Shown: one piece after another, positions 48,485-56,404 of the stretch
Layout: the number at the start of each line of letters is the position of its first letter
How positions within the stretch are numbered: the stretch's first letter is position 1
From: a virus
Virus record (IMG/VR): IMGVR_UViG_3300046787_000345
Span: 8,757 to 72,756 of that record
DNA length: 64,000 bases
Strand: one strand, 5' to 3'
Notes under the pieces: model-generated
The model's database searches: none
Seen by the model: only the letters and a program-made list of their open reading frames with translations
What the model was told of the DNA's origin: nothing
Position numbers and translations under genes: made by a program

Positions 48485-49321
48485 TTAGTTGTTGAATAAA
48501 TCATCAAATGCTGCTGCTACATCATCAGTTTTCTTAGAAACTGCTGGTGCTGATTGTACAGGTGTTTCTACTGAACCACCTAAATCATGAGATACGGATG
48601 GTGTAGGTTTTGCTGATGATAAAGTTTCTGCTGCTACTGAACTTTCGGTTTCATCTTCATCAGATGTTGCTGATGGATTTAACCAACCTTCCAGTACATT
48701 TTTTAATTCTGCGTAAGATAACTCCTGATACAATTCAGTAATTTCAGTTTGATTCTCTAAGAATTTAGCAATATCCCCACCTTCTGCTAATGGTGTTTGA
48801 TTTGGTTTTACTCTAAGAGTAGTTGTTGGATATGAAGTTCCAGCATCTTCTGCTGAAATATATTCAACTGTCAAATCTCTACCTGCGTTCGGGTCAGTAA
48901 TATCACCATAATCGGGGTCAGCAATGTACCCTAAGATTTCTTGATAAACTGTCTTACCAAATCCCCAAAATTTAACACCTTCGTTTTCTTGACCACGAAC
49001 GATTACCGGAACAAAGGTTCTCAACTTAGGCTCCATTGCCTTTGCTGCTTTCCAATCTTCCTTATCGCCCATTCTTTTAAGTTTGTCTGCAAACTCAACA
49101 ATTGGGTCAGGTCTACCGAATGATGCCGGAGATAGATAAGTTTTGTTATTTACGTTGTAGTGAAAATACAATTCAATGAACGGATTGTCTTTATTGAATT
49201 TGTAAGGTACGATACGGACTTGTGATTTACCAGGGGTTGGTTTCCATAATGCATCCGTTTTCTTTTGTGTGTTTTGTAGTTTGTTTAGTCTACCTCTAAT
49301 TGCGTTAATGTCTAATGCCAT
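48485..49321 (-). CDS. ssDNA-binding protein (gp32-like)
   Basis: WKP..G...VRI.P, FWGFGK, DP..GRD; acidic C-terminal tail AFDDLF. Confidence 0.8.
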   Translation of the reverse strand: MALDINAIRGRLNKLQNTQKKTDALWKPTPGKSQVRIVPYKFNKDNPFIELYFHYNVNNKTYLSPASFGRPDPIVEFADKLKRMGDKEDWKAAKAMEPKLRTFVPVIVRGQENEGVKFWGFGKTVYQEILGYIADPDYGDITDPNAGRDLTVEYISAEDAGTSYPTTTLRVKPNQTPLAEGGDIAKFLENQTEITELYQELSYAELKNVLEGWLNPSATSDEDETESSVAAETLSSAKPTPSVSHDLGGSVETPVQSAPAVSKKTDDVAAAFDDLFNN

Positions 49322-49399
49322 TGTTTTTGCCTTTTAAGTTTAATAATTAATTTGTTTTATGGTTTTATTTACGAGTCTTTCCTACTCGCGGTGTGTAAG

Positions 49400-49408
49400 T
49401 ATAAATAT
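49400..49408 (-). promoter_or_regulatory. Class-2 promoter motif ATATTTATA
   Basis: 78 nt upstream of the SSB ATG. Confidence 0.55.
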
Positions 49409-49462
49409 ACGATTTACCGATTTTCGTATATAATTATTCAAAGAATTTGTATAATTATTTTG

Positions 49463-51154
49463 TTATTTTGAAAGTTCAAGCGAATAAAAATTATCCACAT
49501 TACCATTAATTAAATCATCAAATGAAACTACATAAACATCCTTTAAATTATAAATTTGATATTTTTTTTGTAAAACATTTTTTAAAGATTTTATTTTCTT
49601 TTGATTGGTTGGTGTTTTTGGGTTACCATCTATTAAAAGTATTCCCAACTCAACTTCATCTGAAAACGAGTCTAACTGCCAATTAAACTGACGAGTATGT
49701 AGATAGTCTAAATTTGTATTTAACGCTTCAATTAAAATACTTTTAGTTCCATTTTTTCCAATATACCAATCTAATTCACCTTGTTCAGTTACTTCGGTTA
49801 ATTGATGACTTTCTGCATTCATAACATCTCTAATAGTTAGAGATGTGATTCCACACATACCAATCATATAATTAATAGAATTGGTTATTTGTTGTTTGGT
49901 TGATTTATTATCTTTAATACCAACTTGGATATTATAAATTTCCTCTACTTTGGCGTTTTCAATTTTTCCAAGACCAGTATGTTGAGCAGATATGTTTTCA
50001 TCTAAATACTTTTGATGAAAATCTGCAGCATCTTGTCTAAACTCTTTTCCTGCACCATCGGTTTTTACAACATTGTATGGAAGTTCACCTTCTTCTAATA
50101 CAAATATCATATTTGAATAGTTGTATTTTACAGCAGTCAATCCTAAATTATAATGATTATCGGAAAATATCCACTTACCAGTGTGGTCAAAAAAATGACC
50201 AAATGTTGTGGATGGTTTTGTTTTATATGGAGCAAATATATTACCATCTGCTACTTTATTAAAGTTTTTTCCACCAATCATATCCAAATCTTCGGTTAGA
50301 TGTTTGTATTGATATGCCTTAAATTTTGAGGTTTTAACAATATTTCCATTTCTATCTTTTGCATGATATACGAAATATACATATTTACCCTTTTCGTCTA
50401 AAATTGGAGTCAAATCGCTAATAGTAGTTGCATATTTACCTTTATCGTTAGGTAATGTTGGAAAATATAATTGTGAACCGCTACCTACATTTGGTTTTGA
50501 TTTAGTAGTATCGATTAAATCGAAATTAAAATTCGGTTTATCAATGAATGTCATATTAAGTATATGATTTAATTTGGACCATTGTGGTTTAATCGGATGG
50601 GATTGGTAATCATATCGTTTTATTTTAAAGGCTACATTTGGTGTAAATGGTATGTATTTTCTAATTTCAGAAAATTCTTCATTATACTCATCTAGAGTTA
50701 GTGTAGATTTCATAACACTAACATCCTCACCTTTACCATTAAGTAAGTTCCAATCATTGTCATGTAATGAATTTAATGGAAAATAGCTTGGATACTTTAA
50801 ATGATATCGTCTAAAATCATTTGGTGATGATGTATATAATTCTACCAACGCACCCAGTCTAGCAACAGTTAATTTAGTACTTCCAGACCCAAACATTGAT
50901 GTATATTTTGTTGAAAATCCACCTTTTTTATATCCGAAAATTTTATTAATTACATCATCTTCTAAAATAACATCTCCATTATTTATGAACCATATGTATT
51001 CATCAGTAAAAATTACTACAAACTTTTTTCCGTTGTAATCTTGAGCACCATGTGCAAATTCTACTGCGAACGTATCTCCATCAATTTGGCTCAAAGATGA
51101 GTTTTGAAAAAATGGTGTAAAATAATCTTTAGAAAATTTCATTAATTCCGTCAT
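49463..51154 (-). CDS. Hypothetical protein, possible degenerate GHKL-ATPase N-domain plus nuclease-like C-domain
   Basis: AVEFAHGAQD, INNG, SMFGSGSTK; C-terminal ELD...ILIEA. Confidence 0.35.
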   Translation of the reverse strand: MTELMKFSKDYFTPFFQNSSLSQIDGDTFAVEFAHGAQDYNGKKFVVIFTDEYIWFINNGDVILEDDVINKIFGYKKGGFSTKYTSMFGSGSTKLTVARLGALVELYTSSPNDFRRYHLKYPSYFPLNSLHDNDWNLLNGKGEDVSVMKSTLTLDEYNEEFSEIRKYIPFTPNVAFKIKRYDYQSHPIKPQWSKLNHILNMTFIDKPNFNFDLIDTTKSKPNVGSGSQLYFPTLPNDKGKYATTISDLTPILDEKGKYVYFVYHAKDRNGNIVKTSKFKAYQYKHLTEDLDMIGGKNFNKVADGNIFAPYKTKPSTTFGHFFDHTGKWIFSDNHYNLGLTAVKYNYSNMIFVLEEGELPYNVVKTDGAGKEFRQDAADFHQKYLDENISAQHTGLGKIENAKVEEIYNIQVGIKDNKSTKQQITNSINYMIGMCGITSLTIRDVMNAESHQLTEVTEQGELDWYIGKNGTKSILIEALNTNLDYLHTRQFNWQLDSFSDEVELGILLIDGNPKTPTNQKKIKSLKNVLQKKYQIYNLKDVYVVSFDDLINGNVDNFYSLELSK

Positions 51155-51193
51155 AATTTTTTGTTTTAAGTTTTATATTTTAATCCTATAATG

Positions 51194-51225
51194 CTAATAT
51201 ACGAAAAATAGTTGATACTACCAAC
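51194..51225 (-). promoter_or_regulatory. Bacteroidota-type promoter variant
   Basis: GTTG-N20-TATATTAG. Confidence 0.6.
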
Positions 51226-51236
51226 TATTTTATCAT

Positions 51237-51698
51237 TTATTTTGCCCATTTTCCATTGGAAACGATTTGGGCTATAATTCCATATACTGAAAGGTCTTGA
51301 AATGTATCTTCTAAGGATTCACCAACTAAATCTTCTTTGTTTAAAACTACTAATTGTTTCAAACGTTGGATTTTATCGTTTACTCTGAACCAAAGACCTG
51401 TTAGTGATAATTTCTTATCATCTTCAGTTTCTAAGGATGTACCCACTGCAATGTTTCCTGGTCCATAATTGGATTGTTTCATGCAGAATAATTCATATTG
51501 AGTAAACATAATACGTTTAAACTCATCAGTCATTTCTGGATATTGTTTTTCGATTTCTTCTACGAGTTTGGGATTATCGTATTTGATGAACGCAACCTCA
51601 TCATCGTTTTGTTCGATTTTAGGTGCGATATTAAGTTCTAACTTATTCTTGCTCTCCTGTTTAATGATACGAGGAGTTTGTGTTGTGCTCTTTGACAT
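51237..51698 (-). CDS. Nucleotide modification associated domain 1 (Nmad1/DUF1599-like) protein
   Basis: K..NYG, R..DK..R, E...DT..DL..Y pattern. Confidence 0.8.
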   Translation of the reverse strand: MSKSTTQTPRIIKQESKNKLELNIAPKIEQNDDEVAFIKYDNPKLVEEIEKQYPEMTDEFKRIMFTQYELFCMKQSNYGPGNIAVGTSLETEDDKKLSLTGLWFRVNDKIQRLKQLVVLNKEDLVGESLEDTFQDLSVYGIIAQIVSNGKWAK

Positions 51699-51722
51699 AT
51701 AACCTTTATTAATTTATTTATA

Positions 51723-51754
51723 CAAATATACGAAATATATCTGATACTACCAAA
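51723..51754 (-). promoter_or_regulatory. Bacteroidota-type sigma promoter
   Basis: TTTG-N20-TATATTTG. Confidence 0.8.
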
Positions 51755-51756
51755 TA

Positions 51757-51784
51757 TAAAAGGGTGATAATTTCTTATCACCCT
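51757..51784 (-). terminator. Intrinsic terminator
   Basis: AGGGTGATAA/TTATCACCCT 10-bp stem plus T-tract. Confidence 0.75.
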
Positions 51785-51791
51785 CTATAAT

Positions 51792-51956
51792 TTACTTTAC
51801 TTCTGCAGAATCTACTTTTACTGCTGCTGAATCAGTTGCAACTACTGCTGTGTCTACTACCACTGCTGTTGAATCTGAAGCTGTTTCTGATTGTGATTTT
51901 GAACCACAAGATGTAATCATCAAAGCGATTACTGCTACTGCGAATAATTGTTTCAT
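51792..51956 (-). CDS. Small lipoprotein with D-S/T-x repeats (not in the ORF track)
   Basis: MKQLFAVAVIALMITSCGSKSQSETASDSTAVVVDTAVVATDSAAVKVDSAEVK; lipobox ITSC; own promoter and terminator. Confidence 0.8.
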   Translation of the reverse strand: MKQLFAVAVIALMITSCGSKSQSETASDSTAVVVDTAVVATDSAAVKVDSAEVK

Positions 51957-51992
51957 TTTGTTTGTTTTTTTTGTTTATTAATTAATTGAATA

Positions 51993-52024
51993 CAAATATA
52001 CGAAAAAAAACTGAAACTTCCAAA
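51993..52024 (-). promoter_or_regulatory. Bacteroidota-type sigma promoter
   Basis: TTTG-N20-TATATTTG. Confidence 0.8.
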
Positions 52025-52025
52025 T

Positions 52026-52427
52026 TTATTTTTGAGAATATTCAATTACTTCAAAAATTCTTGTACTAATTTTCTTCGTTCCTTCGGTATTTGTAACGAT
52101 GATTGTATTTTTGAACTTATCCCAATCTACCACAAAATCTTTATCTGCTTTACCACCATTCTCTTCCTTAACTAATTCATTTAAGGCATTAATAGTATAT
52201 AATGTATTAGATTGTTTTTTTCTATGAACCAATATTGTATCCTTTAATGGATTTGTTGGTTTATATTGGGTATCTATATTATATGTTATATATAGTTCTT
52301 CTAAATTAGCCTTATTTTGTAAGACGTAAATATAGTTGTAAACTATATAATAAGTTTGTTTTATATGTTCTAATGTATTTTGTAACTCATCCTTTGATGT
52401 AAAGGTACACAATAGTTGTGTCTGCAT
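52026..52427 (-). CDS. Hypothetical phage protein
   Basis: 133-aa ORF with AGGAG upstream. Confidence 0.65.
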   Translation of the reverse strand: MQTQLLCTFTSKDELQNTLEHIKQTYYIVYNYIYVLQNKANLEELYITYNIDTQYKPTNPLKDTILVHRKKQSNTLYTINALNELVKEENGGKADKDFVVDWDKFKNTIIVTNTEGTKKISTRIFEVIEYSQK

Positions 52428-52454
52428 TCTTTCTCCTAATTTTATACTCTCTAT

Positions 52455-52463
52455 AATAAGTAT
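52455..52463 (-). promoter_or_regulatory. Class-2 promoter motif ATACTTATT
   Basis: 27 nt upstream of ATG at 52427. Confidence 0.5.
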
Positions 52464-52488
52464 AAAAAACGAAATCGAAAGACTTTTT

Positions 52489-54702
52489 TTACGATTCTAA
52501 TGGTAATATTTCACCATTAGGTCTTTCACCATCGCCAGTGAATGACATTTGGATTCCACCACCATTTCTACCAGCAGTTCTTTCGTTACGAATAGTTAAA
52601 GAATAATCATCTGGAATATCAGTACCTTTATCAGTTTTGGATACCGGTGATTTGTTTTCATCATAGTATTGTTTATTATGTGAAAGACCGTATCCACCAC
52701 CACTTCTAATATTTTCCGTTAATAACACACCTGCTAAGAATACATCCGGTGTCATTCTAGTTTTAAAGTTAGGTACGTTATTTTTACCAACAATTTTTTC
52801 TAATTTTTCAGGTGTTACTATTTTTTGAATTTGTTGTGCATATTCTTTTTTGAATTTAGCCAATTCTTTTTGATACTCACCCCAAAAAGTATCTGCACCA
52901 ACATTTCCTAATTCAGTTTCTAATTTAGTTCTAAGTTGATTTAGTTTGTAGTAGTATTCTGAACATATAGTAGAAACTTCAGTTAAATCACTCGTATCAA
53001 ATACATCTGAAAGGTTTTGGTTCATTAATGATTTTTTTAGTAAATCATTAGTTTTCTTAGTAGTTTCTTCTTTGGTTTCACCTACGATTAAATCATCTTT
53101 AATCATCATAGTGTAACCTTTTTCACCTACATATTGACCAAACAAATCTCTTTTAGATTCATCTGGATGTAATTGAGTTACTGCTTTCATATTCGCAGGA
53201 CATCCGTATATTCTACCTTCTTTACCGAACTTACAACTTACTAAGGATACAGTTTCAACATCACCATCAGTTCCACCAACTCTAATCATATCACCACCAG
53301 GAAACGAACCATTTGATGGTAAATAAACTTCTTCACCTCTTGCAAGTGCTTCTTCGTATAATCTATTTTCGGCTAGTTGTTTCATTACTGCCGATGCTGC
53401 TTCAGAATCTGCATTGTTCAAATCAACCATTAAATCATTATATGAATCTGCAATAGCAACTGCAGCCTCTTCACTTGGAACTTCATATACACCTAAGATA
53501 CCAGCTAATCTATTTTGATGTTGTTTTAGTGCATCTACATATTCTTTTGAAATTTGTCCTTTATCTGCGTATTCAGATGCTAAATTAATTGTATTAACCA
53601 ATGCAGGATTTTCAAATGATTGTTTTAGGTATGCACGAGAATGTTTGTTAGATGGGAATATTACATCACCATTTTCATCTTTTGGAGCAAATACACCATG
53701 TACACTTTCTCTAATTCTACTCAATACCGGTGAGGAATTGAATAATTGTTTTACTCTATCATCATCTTTTGGTTTAACTTCATTAGTTTTACCTAAATCA
53801 GGTTTAGCTGCAGTTGTTAAATTCTTTTTTAACCCAGAAAAATCAACTTGGTCTAATTGTGTATATTTTTTAAGTTGAGAAACTAATTTTTCAGTTGATG
53901 TTGTACCATCACCGAATATTTTTCTTTTACCCCCCAATACATTTATATAATATTTACTACCACTTGCGTTCGTAGTAATTTTATATTTATCCCTTAATTC
54001 AGTTGCAATATTAACTTTTTCATCATCTGAAATTGTTTCATCGAATAACTTTTCTGTCAATTCATAACAATCATTAGCTATTTTCTTTTGTTCATCGCTA
54101 AGTGTTACTGAATTTTTATTAATCTGTTCTTTAACTCGTTTAAGAGTAACACCATCTTCTTTACTAATTTGAGATTGTCCCTTTTCAGATGTTGGTTCAT
54201 TAGATTTTGTTGCTGCTTCTGCTTCTTTTTTATATCTTGCTTGGGTTTCCGGTGATTGTAAAGAAGTTCCTTTTGGTGGTTCTTGTTTAGGCTGTTCACC
54301 ACCACCTTGTTGTCCATCTTGTGGAGTATTTTGGTTAGGTTCTGCGTTTGGGTTGTTAGTTGGACCACCCTCTTCACCTGCTTTAGCTTTTTGTTTTTCG
54401 TATTCGTCTTGTGATACTACATTATACTTACCATTATCATCTTTGGTAAACTTTTGAGCATCTTCTTTATCTTCTTGTCCTTTTACAACATAATATCCCT
54501 GGCCAACGTGGGTATACTTTTCATCATCAGGCCCTTCAGTTAAATTTTTTATTAATTCAGTTTGAAGTTCACCTAATCCCCATTCGGTAAGAATATCTGA
54601 AATTATTTCGATATGTTCTTTCTTAGATAAAATAGGATATCCCTCTTTACTTCTATATGAAAGTTCTCTTAATAATTTTTGTATAAAGTTTTTCTTTTGC
54701 AT
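52489..54702 (-). CDS. Large hypothetical protein with low-complexity linker
   Basis: 737-aa ORF; possible D...SxK nuclease-like motif (GGDMI...VSCKFG). Confidence 0.55.
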   Translation of the reverse strand: MQKKNFIQKLLRELSYRSKEGYPILSKKEHIEIISDILTEWGLGELQTELIKNLTEGPDDEKYTHVGQGYYVVKGQEDKEDAQKFTKDDNGKYNVVSQDEYEKQKAKAGEEGGPTNNPNAEPNQNTPQDGQQGGGEQPKQEPPKGTSLQSPETQARYKKEAEAATKSNEPTSEKGQSQISKEDGVTLKRVKEQINKNSVTLSDEQKKIANDCYELTEKLFDETISDDEKVNIATELRDKYKITTNASGSKYYINVLGGKRKIFGDGTTSTEKLVSQLKKYTQLDQVDFSGLKKNLTTAAKPDLGKTNEVKPKDDDRVKQLFNSSPVLSRIRESVHGVFAPKDENGDVIFPSNKHSRAYLKQSFENPALVNTINLASEYADKGQISKEYVDALKQHQNRLAGILGVYEVPSEEAAVAIADSYNDLMVDLNNADSEAASAVMKQLAENRLYEEALARGEEVYLPSNGSFPGGDMIRVGGTDGDVETVSLVSCKFGKEGRIYGCPANMKAVTQLHPDESKRDLFGQYVGEKGYTMMIKDDLIVGETKEETTKKTNDLLKKSLMNQNLSDVFDTSDLTEVSTICSEYYYKLNQLRTKLETELGNVGADTFWGEYQKELAKFKKEYAQQIQKIVTPEKLEKIVGKNNVPNFKTRMTPDVFLAGVLLTENIRSGGGYGLSHNKQYYDENKSPVSKTDKGTDIPDDYSLTIRNERTAGRNGGGIQMSFTGDGERPNGEILPLES

Positions 54703-54722
54703 TTCTTTACTAATTTATTTTA

Positions 54723-54754
54723 CAAATATACGAAATATATTTGAATTATCCAAA
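54723..54754 (-). promoter_or_regulatory. Bacteroidota-type sigma promoter
   Basis: TTTG-N20-TATATTTG. Confidence 0.8.
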
Positions 54755-54775
54755 TTTCAACGAAACTATTTCTAA

Positions 54776-55414
54776 TTAGTGACCGTGATTTTGAGTTCTT
54801 TGAATGAAGAATATTACATTTGCTATACTGACCGTATTTCCAAATGCTTGAACATTCCATCGGTTTCCGTTTGTTACAAAATCAGAATCTCCATAATATT
54901 GAAATACTTCATGAAATTCGTGCCAAGTATCGTTTCCTTTTCCAAAAAATAAATCCTTACCAACTCTTTCATATGGAGTTCCGATTGTATTATCCAATTG
55001 AACTCTTATAGATGTTCCATTTGCATTTGAAGTTTTTGCTTTAAATACAATTGTACACATATAAACATCACCATCATTTTCTACTTGTATTTTACCAGAA
55101 CCACTATTATAAAACGATATCGAAGAATGTAAATGAGTTTCTATTGTATTGCCTGCGTTATTAGGTAAAGGTTGCTCTCCTGCTGCAACTGTCAATGTAA
55201 ATACTGATGATGTCGTGTATTGTGTACCATCGTATCTTGCCCAACCCAATCCACTACCACCCAAGCCAGGAGGAATTGAGCCAGTTACATTATTTATCAA
55301 ATTACCATAGGTTACTTTTTTAGTAGTTTCTTCGTTAATATCTACACAAACAAATACATCATCATTTGATAATGTTTCTAAGTTTGGTAATTCCGTTATA
55401 GTTTTATCTGCCAT
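54776..55414 (-). CDS. Putative virion fibre/decoration protein
   Basis: N-terminal MADK.I..L...D......TKK.TY..L module shared with 56405..58408; beta-rich C-terminus. Confidence 0.5.
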   Translation of the reverse strand: MADKTITELPNLETLSNDDVFVCVDINEETTKKVTYGNLINNVTGSIPPGLGGSGLGWARYDGTQYTTSSVFTLTVAAGEQPLPNNAGNTIETHLHSSISFYNSGSGKIQVENDGDVYMCTIVFKAKTSNANGTSIRVQLDNTIGTPYERVGKDLFFGKGNDTWHEFHEVFQYYGDSDFVTNGNRWNVQAFGNTVSIANVIFFIQRTQNHGH

Positions 55415-55623
55415 ACAAGTTTAAATCCGTTTTGTTGAAGTATATTATTTCTATTTTGTTGAAGTATATATCTTGTTTCACTCCCTAATTTTCTGATACA
55501 ATGTTCATATTGTTCATAAGTTTCGTACTGATAGATATAGCAGTTATAATCAGACATAACCTCATTCAACGGTTTCTTATCCTTCCATTTACTATACCAT
55601 TCTTGCCAACTTATATATTGCAT
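55396..55623 (-). CDS. Hypothetical protein
   Basis: 75-aa ORF with a duplicated ILQQN. Confidence 0.45.
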   Translation of the reverse strand: MQYISWQEWYSKWKDKKPLNEVMSDYNCYIYQYETYEQYEHCIRKLGSETRYILQQNRNNILQQNGFKLVWQIKL

Positions 55624-55626
55624 ATG

Positions 55627-55635
55627 TATAAATAT
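55627..55635 (-). promoter_or_regulatory. Class-2 promoter motif ATATTTATA
   Basis: 3 nt upstream of ATG at 55623. Confidence 0.45.
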
Positions 55636-55636
55636 C

Positions 55637-56398
55637 TTATTTTATATAAACTGCTAGTGTATTGAAATTTGATGTTATAGCATTACCGGTTGTAGTAACA
55701 TTTGCCAAACCATAGACAGTATTATTCAATCTATTTGTCCAACCACCATTCCCCAATGCGTTTCCACTTCTACCATATGCAGTTGATAAATCGGTAGTTG
55801 GGGTTGTTACATTCCACCAGTTTGCAGTATCATATAACCAATCAGGTGGTGCTTGAGTTGGTAAAGACCCAGTCATAAATGTATATCCTTTTATTGGTGT
55901 CCAACTACCTGTTAATGGTGTAGATAATTTTAGAATTTGAGTTGCTCTCGTATCAATGTCTAAAACATTTGGATTTGTATATGTTACCGAATGTGCAATA
56001 CTACAATTTGTTAAATGTGGTTGAACCGATGCAGTAGATGCCATTCTCATTACTGAATTACATTGTGCAGAACCTGATGTTGAATACCAAAGATTTTCTG
56101 CGTTTCTATAATGTTTAATAAGAGATGGAGTCGATAAACTACCACTATCTGCGTTTGGATATGGATACCCCAATTGTGTTGAACCGGATGGATTATATGA
56201 TACTAACATCCAACCACCCCCATTATCGGTTTGGTTACAATAAACTTGTACCGAACCAGTCATCATTCCAGTCTTTATCCAATACCAACCATCTGTTCTA
56301 ACTCCGGCATTATATAATTGAACGGCAGAAAGTGCCGGATTTGAGATTGTTCCCAAATTTGCACCTATTGTTATTCCGTTTCTAAATTCTATTGCCAT
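55637..56398 (-). CDS. Fibrinogen C-terminal-like (FReD) domain protein, likely virion-associated
   Basis: DGWYWI....VYC...DNGGGWMLV. Confidence 0.75.
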   Translation of the reverse strand: MAIEFRNGITIGANLGTISNPALSAVQLYNAGVRTDGWYWIKTGMMTGSVQVYCNQTDNGGGWMLVSYNPSGSTQLGYPYPNADSGSLSTPSLIKHYRNAENLWYSTSGSAQCNSVMRMASTASVQPHLTNCSIAHSVTYTNPNVLDIDTRATQILKLSTPLTGSWTPIKGYTFMTGSLPTQAPPDWLYDTANWWNVTTPTTDLSTAYGRSGNALGNGGWTNRLNNTVYGLANVTTTGNAITSNFNTLAVYIK

Positions 56399-56404
56399 AT
56401 CGTA

